A stretch of DNA of 64,000 nucleotides, from assembly GCA_964016885.1 (NCBI GenBank), contig OZ024744.1, positions 15,810,001-15,874,000 on the forward strand. The letters run 5' to 3'. Shown one piece after another: positions 55,008-64,000 of the stretch; the stretch's first letter is position 1; each line of letters begins with the position of its first letter. Below the pieces are notes generated by a model that did no database searches, was not told the DNA's origin, and was given only the letters and a program-made list of their open reading frames with translations. This stretch comes from Eledone cirrhosa. Taxonomy: Eukaryota. The translations under genes were made by a program, and so were the position numbers.

Positions 55008-55547
55008 ATTGCATGGTCAGGTCGTCCGCGACTAAACCGGCAACCCTACCAACTTTACTTGGTGAGGAGGGTGATTTTGGACACCCTGCAAGACAAAAAA
55101 CCAAACCTGACCAAGGACGAAGAACTCATAAGAGTCAACGGCCATCCAAAAGTGTGTAAATATGTATATACACATGTACCGCGCGGTTAAACCCCTGGGA
55201 GTGAAGGACCTCTAGCCTTTGTCAGGGCATTCTTCTAGGAGAAGGCAACTCAGGAAACTGGCATAACACCGATATAAAACCTGCGGCTCAGTAGTTACCG
55301 ATGATGTTGATCTTTTCTTCTTTTCGGGTTATAGCTACTGCCGCTCAGAGAGTGGGATTGGCTCAGTGCACAGTCTTTCTTCACTTAAAAAAATATCCTC
55401 ACTCGCAGGCATTGCACGATAGAATTAATTAATAATTATTAATAATGATATATCGTGCAATTGCCATACACGATAACGAGGGGGCAGCCATCATGTGTAT
55501 ACACACACACACACACATATATATACACACATACATATATATATATG

Positions 55548-55670
<123 letters not shown>

Positions 55671-55881
55671 CATATATATATAATATATATATAATTCAAC
55701 ACAGATATATACATATATATGTTGAAATCATAAGGGACCAGATTCGAGCAAATCTGGCTGCTATTTTTAGTAGCAAACGTTTTACGAGACAGGCTCGGCA
55801 CTGAATGCCATGTGCGTTATTCTAAACACGCGCCTCATTTAGTCTTCTAAGAAACCTAGAAGTGAAAGGTTTAATAATTCG

Positions 55882-55961
55882 TACAACCACTGACGAGCAA
55901 TAGAATTGGTAATTCCCTTCACCTTATGCGAAACAGTTTTACCAAAGACTGTCTGGTTGTG
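55882..55961 (+). ncRNA. Canonical type I HHR with a stable helix III
   Basis: acaacca CTGACGA gca...tgc GAAA cagtttt-acca-aagactg TC tggttgt. Confidence 0.85.
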
Positions 55962-56228
55962 TATTTGATAGTTGTCACAGTTCGGTTTGTACTTTTTCTT
56001 AATTTATTCTTTTGATTGAGCCTGGTAAGCCGTATTGTTCGTAGTTAGTATCTTATTGATCCTAGCGAATCTAGTCCCTTATGATTTGAAGACATATAGG
56101 AATATATGTGTTTATCTCTCTTTATTATATTGAATTATATTACGCGGCCCGGAAAATCATTTTTTCCGCTTGAGCTATTTTAATTGAAAGGCGCAACTTT
56201 GAGTTTCTAACTATATATATATATATAT

Positions 56229-56458
56229 ATAGGAAGAAGTATGACCCCGACGGCAGAGCTCAAGCCGTTTCGACGGCTATTTCTGGACTAAATTAGAATT
56301 TTAGGCTAAAAATTCTAATTTAGTCCAGAAATAGCCGTCGAAACGGCTTGAGCTCTGCCGTCGGGGTCATACTTTTTTCTATTTCCCACTCTACTACCCT
56401 AAGTATTGGGTACTCTGGTGCGTTATGGACCATTTAGTTCCTTACCACAATTCCTTTG

Positions 56459-56462
<4 letters not shown>
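56229..56462. mobile_element. Fold-back (56229-56382) with two HHR 3' halves plus tail; same family as 18463-18660
   Basis: GAAACggc-ttgagctct-gccGTCgggg on both arms; shared tail ccctaagtat...gtactctggtgcgttatgg. Confidence 0.7.
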
Positions 56463-56538
<76 letters not shown>

Positions 56539-56782
56539 GTATGTATGAATATATGTTGACTCATAGAGGTGATAGAAAGAAATGAGAAAGGGATAAAATA
56601 GACGAGGTGGGATCTCAAAAACATTAAATTTTCTCACCAGCTTTTAGACTGTTTGTGGTTTTGACGATTTAACTAAAAGGATCACGTAAGATAGACGGCT
56701 CATAACATCGGAGAAATAAATATCTCTGTTGGTATAATGCTTGTGAAAGAAACGAATAGACTGATAGGCAGGAGGACAGGTC

Positions 56783-56877
<95 letters not shown>

Positions 56878-57584
56878 TGAAGTGCGTCCATGCGGCTTCG
56901 AGTCTTTGTAAGAAATGGGAGAACAATTGCTCTCTGGCGGAAGTGACGTGTATGAGCGGCGGTTAGGTGAAGGGAGAAAGAAAGAAAAGAAGCAATAAGA
57001 AGAAGGGAAGAGCAGGGAGCGAGAGAAAGAATGAAAGAAAGGGTAAAAAGGGAAGAGGGAATGAATATAATATGCGCACGTGTGTCGGTCAATGTGGGAG
57101 AGTGCTTATATGAAAATTAGCACCAAGGCAAAAACGGACATCGGACGTCAGAATGGAGGTAGAGGGTTTCAATTCCTACCGACAACACTGCTGGCCTTTC
57201 CGGAAGTCGCAGGGTCTAACAAGATAGTCAAACGCTGATATGGAGTATTTTAGAAGGCGAAAACAAACAAAACATAGGTGACATACGTCGATAGAAAATA
57301 CATTCTTACACACAAGAGTAAGACATTTGTGTGTAAGAATGTGAAGCGTGAGTTAAACCTATGTAAACATAGTGACTGACAGGTAGTAAGGTGGTAGTAA
57401 TAGTGACAACTGGTACAATATGTGAAGTGTGAGGTAGACATAGTGACTGACAGGTAGTAAGGTGGAGGTAATAGTCACAGAAGGACGAAGTGGAAACGCG
57501 AGAACAAAAAACGAGACAACAGTCACGGGATTGGAAAGGTTGTTTGGTCGTCGTAAAAGAAACGATGAGGGGAGGGACAGCCAT

Positions 57585-60035
57585 GTGTTGTCAGTGTGTG
57601 TTAGAGTGTGTGTGTCAGTGTCTGGGTCAGTGTGTGTCAGTGTGTGTGTCAGTGTGTGTCAGTGTGTGTCAGTGTGTGTGTCAGTGAGTGTGTCAGTGTG
57701 TGTCAGTGTGTGTCAGTGAGTGTGTCAGTGTGTGTCAGCGTGTGACAGTGTGTGTGTCAGTGTGTGTCAGTGTGTTGTCAGTGTGTGTCAGTGTGTGTGT
57801 CAGTGTGTGTCAGTGTGTGTGTCAGTGTGTGTCAGTGTGTGTCAGTGTGTTTCAGTGTGTGTGTCAGTGTGTTGTCAGTGTATGTCAGTGTGTGTATCAG
57901 TGTGTGTGTCAGTGTGTTGTCAGTGTATGTCAGTGTGTGTGTCAGTGTGTGTGTCAATATGTGTGTCAGTGTGTTATCAGTATGTGTCAGTGTGTGTCCG
58001 TGTGTGTGTGTCAGTGTGGGTGTCCGTGTGTGTGTCAGTGTGTGTGTCAGTGTGTGTGTCAGTGTGTATCAGTGTGTGACAGTGTGTGTGACAGTGTGTG
58101 TGTCATTGTGTGACAGTTTGTATGTTAGTATGTGTCTCAGTGTGTGACGCTATGTGTCAGTGTGTGTGTCAGTGTGGGACAGTGGGTGTGGCAGTGTGTG
58201 TATCAGTGTGTCTCCGTGTGTTGTCCGCGTGTGTATCAGTGTGTGTCAGTGGGTGTCAGAGTGTGTGTCAGTGTGTTGTCAGTGTGTGTCAGTGTGTGTG
58301 TGACAGTGTGTGTGCTAGTGTGTGTGACAGTGTGTGTGTCAGTATGTGGGTCAGTGTGTGGCAGTGTGTCTGTCAGTGTGTGTGTTAGTTTGTGTGTCAA
58401 TGTGTATCAGTGTGTGACAGTGTGTGTGTCAGTGTGTGTGTCATTGTGCGACAGTATGTGTCAGTGTGTGACAGTGTGTGTCAGTGTGTTTCTGTCAGTG
58501 TGTGTGTCAGTTTGTGACAGTGTGTCAGTGAGTTTCAGTGTGTGTGTCAATGTGTGTCAGTGTGTGTCAGGGTGTGTCAGTGTGTGTCAGTGTATGGCAG
58601 TGTGTGTCTGTGTGAGTCTGTATGTGTCAGTGTGTGTCAGTGTGTGACAGAGTGTGTCCGTGTGTGTGTTAGTGTGTTCATCAGTGTGTGTCAGAGTGTG
58701 TGTCAGTGTGTTTTTCAGTGTGTGTGTCAGTGTGTTGTCAGTATGTGTCTGTGTGTGTCAGTGTGTGTGTCGGTGTGTGCGTCAGTGTGTCTCAGTGTGT
58801 GTGTCAGTGTGTGTGTCATTGTGTGTCAGTTTGTATGTTAGTATGTGTCTCAGTGTGTGACAGTATGTGTCAGTGTGTGTGTCAGTGTGTGTCAGAGTGT
58901 GTTTCAGTGTGTGTGTCAGTGTATGTGTCAGTGTGGGACAGTGGGTGTGGCAGTGTGTGTATCAGTGTGTCTCAGTGTGTGTCAGTGTGTGTCAGAATGT
59001 GTGTCAGTGTGTGTCAGTGTGTGTCAGTGTGTGTCAGTGTGTGACAGTGTGTGTCAGTGTGTGTCAGTGTGTGTCAGTGTGTGTGTCGGTGTGTGTGTCA
59101 GTGTGTGTGTCAGAGTGTGTGTGTCAGTGTGTGTCAGTGTGTCTCAGTGTGTGTGTCAGTGTGTGTGTGTTAGTGTGTGTCAGTGTGTGTGTCAGTGTGT
59201 GTGTGAGTGTGTGTGCCAGTGTGTGTCCGTGTATGTTCGTGTGTGTGTCAGTGTATGTGTCATTGTGTGTGTCAGTGTGTTTGTCAGTGTGTGACAGTGT
59301 GTGTCAGTGTGTGTCAGTGTGTGTGTCAGTGTGTGTCAGTGTGTTTGTCAGTGTGTTTGTCAGTGTGTGACAGTGTGTGTCAGTGTGTGACAGTGTGTGT
59401 CAGTGTGTGTCAGTGTGTGTGTCAGTGTGTGTCAGTGTGTTTGTCAGTGTGTGTCTCAGTGTGAGCCAGTGTGTGTCAGTGTATGTTCGTGTGTGTGTCA
59501 GTGTATGTGTCATTGTCTGACAGTTTCTATGTTAGTATGTGTCTCAGTGTGTGACACTATGTGTGAGTGTGTGTCAGTGTGGGACAGTGGGTGTGGCAGT
59601 GTGTATCAGTGTGTCTCAGTGTGTGTCAGTGTGTGTGTGTCAGTGTGTCTGTCAGTGTGTGGTCCGCGTGTGTGTGTCAGAGTGTGTATCAGTGTGTGTC
59701 AGTGTGTGTCAGTGTGTGTCAGTGTGTATGTCAGTGTGTGACAGTGTGTGTCAGTGTGTGTAAGTGTGTGTGTCAGTGTGTGTCAGCGTGTGTCAGTGTG
59801 TTGTCAGTGTGTGTATCAGTGTGTGTCAGTGTGTATCAGAGTGTGTGTCAGTGTGTGCCAGTATGTGTGTCAGTGTGTGTAAGTGTGTGTCAGTGTTTGT
59901 CAGTGTGTGTGTCAGTGTGTGCCAGTGTGTTTGTCAATGTGTGTCAGTGTGTGTCAGTGTGGGTCAGTGTGTGTCAGTGTGTGTCACTGTGTGTGTCAGT
60001 GTGTGTGTCAGTGTGTGCCAGTATGTGTGTCAGTG
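57585..60035. repeat. (CAGTGTGTGT)n-type compound minisatellite
   Basis: 10-12-bp units gtca(gt)n. Confidence 0.95.
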
Positions 60036-60039
60036 TGGA

Positions 60040-60670
60040 TAGGGTTATGGTGGTGTCTGTGGTGCTGGTGGTGGTTATGGTGGTGTCTGTGGTGGTGGTG
60101 GCGGTGGTCGTGGTGGTGGTTATGTTTATGGTGGTGTCTGTGTTGGAGGTGGTGGTGGTGATCATGGTGGTGGTATTGGTTATGATGGTGACAATGACGG
60201 CCACGATTGGTTGTGGTTTTGTTGGCGCCGCTGGTGGACTTGTTGGTGGTGGTAGTGGTTATGTCTGTTGTATTGTCGTGGTTGTGGACGGTGTCAATGA
60301 TGGGAGCTGTTGTTGTTGTTGCTGTTGCTGGTGGTGGCGTCGGGGGTGGCCGTGTGGTTGATGATAGCAACGATAAAAATGAAGAAGAAGATGTCGAAGT
60401 TGCTCTGGCTGCTGCTTGTGATGATGGTGATGGTGATGATGATGGTGATAGTGGTGATAAAAATTGAAATAAAAATAAATATCAAGAAGAAAATACAAAG
60501 ATAGAAGAGAGAAAGAAAGAAGAAGAAGAAGAAGAAGAAGAAGAAGAAGAAGAAGAAGAAGAAGAAGAAAGAAAGATGAAAGAAGAAGAAAATAAGAAGA
60601 AAGAAACAAAGAAGAAGAAGAAGAAGAAGAAGAAGAAGAAAAAAGAAAGAAAGAAAAAGAAGAAAAAGAG
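60040..60670. repeat. Degenerate (GTG)n/(GAT)n followed by (GAA)n simple repeats
   Basis: Direct reading. Confidence 0.9.
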
Positions 60671-60919
60671 GTTTTCCTCAGTTGAATCAATATTATGATG
60701 TTCTTTGCTATCAAAGCTCAACATCTCCGTTTCACGCTATCAAATGTAATTAAAGCTTTGACGAGTTGCTGAACGAGGTTTTAACACCTTAAATCTTAAA
60801 CCGACTTTTAAAATCAAATCGCTGGAATCTTTCATTGATTTTAACGCTTTTCTTGATTAAACACAACTTTCTATAATACCTCCTTCTACCTACTTCTTTC
60901 ACCCTCTCTCCCTTCTTTC

Positions 60920-62035
60920 CCCACCACCATGACCATTACAACCATCTTGATCACCGCCACCACCACCACCATCATTACAACCATCTTAATCACCACCGCC
61001 ACCATCATTACAACCATCTTGATCACCACCACCACCACCACCACCACCATCATTACAACCATCTTAATCACCACCACCACCACCACCATCATTACAACCA
61101 TCTTAATCACCACCGCCACCATCATTACAACCATCTTGATCACCGCCACCACCACCACCACAACTACTATCATTACAACCATCTTGATCACCACCACCAC
61201 CACCACCACCATCATTACAACCATCTTGATCACCACCACCACCACCACCATCATTACAACCATCTTGATCACCACCACCACCACCACCACCATCATTACA
61301 ACCATCTTGATCAGCACCACCACCACCACCATCATTACAACCATCTTGATCACCGCCACCACCACCACCATCATTACAACCATCTTGATCACCGCCACCA
61401 CCACCACCACCACCATCATTACAACCATCTTGATCACCACCACCACCGCCACCATCATTACAACCATCTTGATCACCGCCACCACAAACCCCCATCATTA
61501 CAACCATCTTAATCACCACCACCACCACCACCATCATTACAACCATCTTGATCACCGCCACCACCACCATCATTACAACCATCTTAATCACCGCCACCAC
61601 CACCATCATTACAACCATCTTGATCACCACCACCACCACCATCATTACAACCATCTTGATCACCGCCACCACCACCACCATCATTACAACCATCTTGATC
61701 ACCGCCACCACCACCACCACCACCATCATTACAACCATCTTGATCACCGCCACCACCACCACCATCATTACAACCATCTTGATCACCGCCACCACCACCA
61801 TCATTACAACCATCTTGATCACCACCACCACCACCACCATCATTGAAACTATTACCACCACCACCACAATTATTATCCCCACTACCACCACCATTACCCC
61901 AATAGTCACCGCCGCCACCACAGTTATTATAATCACTACCACCACCATCATCACCACCACCACCACCATTACCATCACCATCATAACCACCACCACCACC
62001 ACCACCTCAATTATTATAATCACCACCACCACCAC
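60920..62035. repeat. Minisatellite catcattacaaccatcttgat(cac)n followed by (CAC)n
   Basis: Units of about 33-45 bp that vary in CAC count. Confidence 0.95.
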
Positions 62036-62079
62036 GTGATGTAAAGCTCTTTTTCAATGTATCTATCTATCTATCTATC

Positions 62080-64000
62080 ACCCCTCGAAATAAAAGAGAC
62101 GGTTCGAAGGACGGTGACCTTCAGGACTGTCTCAAACACAACAAGAAAGCCAGTATTTGTGAGTCAAGGAGACATAGAAGCCACCTTGAAGAAGACTCTA
62201 GAAAATATTGACTTTCTTCAACGATTTCTGTACTGTTTAAAAGCGAGGCACTCGCCCAAAAAGATTCTGTGGCACCAATGGTGTCAAAAGCATTCACCTT
62301 TTTCCCTACGTACATGGGAAAAAGGACACAAAAAAAAAATATATACCACCAAACATTAACATCTGGTAGATCTTGGCTGGCTTCGTGGAGTCAGAGACTG
62401 ATGCTATTCTTTCGATACGGAAGTCTATTAGACAAAGGTGGGCGGGTACTGATTTGGAGATTCTGATGCAGATGAGCTCGGAGAGTATCTCCAAAATACC
62501 CGAAAAAGTCGTCATCGACGACAACAACAAAATAAACATTTCGGAGGAGGGGCGTAAACCTCATTGCTTTCGCTGTGGTAGCACAGCACACCTAAAAGCC
62601 TCCTTTCCTTCACAAATACACCACAACAACATCATTAAAAAAAACACTATTACCAACACCAACACCAAAACAACCACAACCAAAAGTACAACAACAAACG
62701 AAACGAGCAAACACACGAAAACAAACAGACACTCAACCAACAACAACAGAAAAAACACAGACAACACCTCTTAAGAACAAAACCACACACCATCCCACTC
62801 CATCAAACATTACCACAAACGCACACACTGAAACACCATCACCACACAACATTCCCATACCCCACACTCCTGACGAGGATCAATCATCGACGGATGAGGC
62901 TGCTTCTCCTTCTTTAAGTGAAGAAGAAGAAGAACCTCAGAAATCAAAAAAAAAAAGAGACACTGCAAAACCCCCAAAACTCCAATCACCAGAACCAACA
63001 TACAACCACAGACACAAACAACAACACAACCAAAACAAAAACAACAATATACATACATCAACACCAACAATAAAAATTTAATGGAGATCATCTTCCAGGA
63101 CCCCAAAGTGGAAACTGAGGGGAAAACATTTGTAAAATATGACACTGCACCACACCTCAAACTCATAAGGGTTCCGGTAGAAACCTACAAAAAATTAAAG
63201 AACAAATTTTCACAGGACGTTGGCAACCCATGCTAAAAACCAATAAACCGTGTCCTATTGAAATATTTCCCCACCCCACTCAACACCCCACCAAAACTGA
63301 AATGGAGATCGAACAACCCGATCTCCAGTAGACGGAAAAGTAAGTGCATCCTTTCCTCCTTGTTTTGCCAACTCTTCTACACCAACATGGCTGATCTACG
63401 AGTTGGAAGTGTGAATGTGCGTGGACTAAGGATGCCCTGGAAACAGGGCAAACTCTTAAATGACCTTAGGTCACACGATATGGATGTGATAGCCATCACC
63501 GAGTCCAGGATCCACAACAGACAGCAGCTGACGCCCATCTTCAACGACTTTGAGATCTACGCATCTCTCTGTCAGCCAGGAGGTGGAGGGGGAGTAGTTG
63601 TCATGTTTCGGAAAAACCTGGACATCGAAATACAGCAAGTACACTTGGACCCGGAGGGTAGACTGGTAGTCCTAGACGTGAACAGTGTTGGAGGTGGAGC
63701 CTTCAGACTGGTGGCCGTTTATGCCCCGACTGGGCAACGCGGCCAGACTTCTTCAAGAGTCTTTTCTGGGAACGCCTCACTCCTTGCTTTGAGTGGGGGA
63801 CTGGAATGGTATCCTAGATGTAAGATGGGACTATGAGGATTATGTTCCAGTAGAAAGGGGTGCAACAGCCTCAAAACTTTAATCGACCAATTCCAACTGG
63901 CCGATAGGTATCGACTGGATTTCCCGACTGCACCACAGTGGACGTGGGCAAACCGCAGCGGGACATCTATATCGTATTTAGATAGGGTCTTCATTAGAGA
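62080..64000 (+). mobile_element. Degraded L1/Tx1-like LINE: ORF1 zinc-knuckle remnant and ORF2 AP endonuclease (ATG at 63387), cut off by the window end
   Basis: EGRKPHCFRCGSTAH; SVNVRGL, DVIAITES, GGGVV, DPEGRLVV, AVYAP, WTW...YLDRVF; frameshifted. Confidence 0.85.

Noticed and set aside
57150-57240. B-box-like gggtttcaattcc suggesting a tRNA or SINE
   Set aside because: No cloverleaf or clear A box; too degenerate to call.
57584-62039. Cys/Val-rich and Thr/His-rich ORFs suggesting mucin- or metallothionein-like proteins
   Set aside because: Open in several frames and on both strands because of simple-repeat composition; no evidence of gene structure.
62868-62900. CTGACGA motif
   Set aside because: No downstream GAAA or helices; chance match within the LINE.

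Overview
Eukaryotic, gene-free, repeat-only DNA, probably from a cephalopod such as octopus (inferred from the SINE/CR1 tails and the very long (TA)n tracts). Bases 1-18160 are a 55-bp satellite. The rest is (TA)n, (CA)n and other simple repeats holding retroelement pieces: Penelope-like element (PLE) RT and GIY-YIG fragments, three CR1-like LINE copies, an L1/Tx1-like LINE, a SINE fragment and a non-autonomous Helitron. Most listed ORFs are repeat artefacts. The main hidden signal is non-coding: more than 25 type I hammerhead ribozyme (HHR) motifs from at least 10 sequence families, found by eye. They include two tandem, protein-free retrozyme-like families (310-bp and about 470-bp units), U3-A8 core variants and an HHR with a 115-nt helix II. 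Many of these insertions are fold-back palindromes in (TA)n whose axis falls on a ribozyme helix or an adjacent native hairpin. All RNA structures were read manually; no folding or database search was run.
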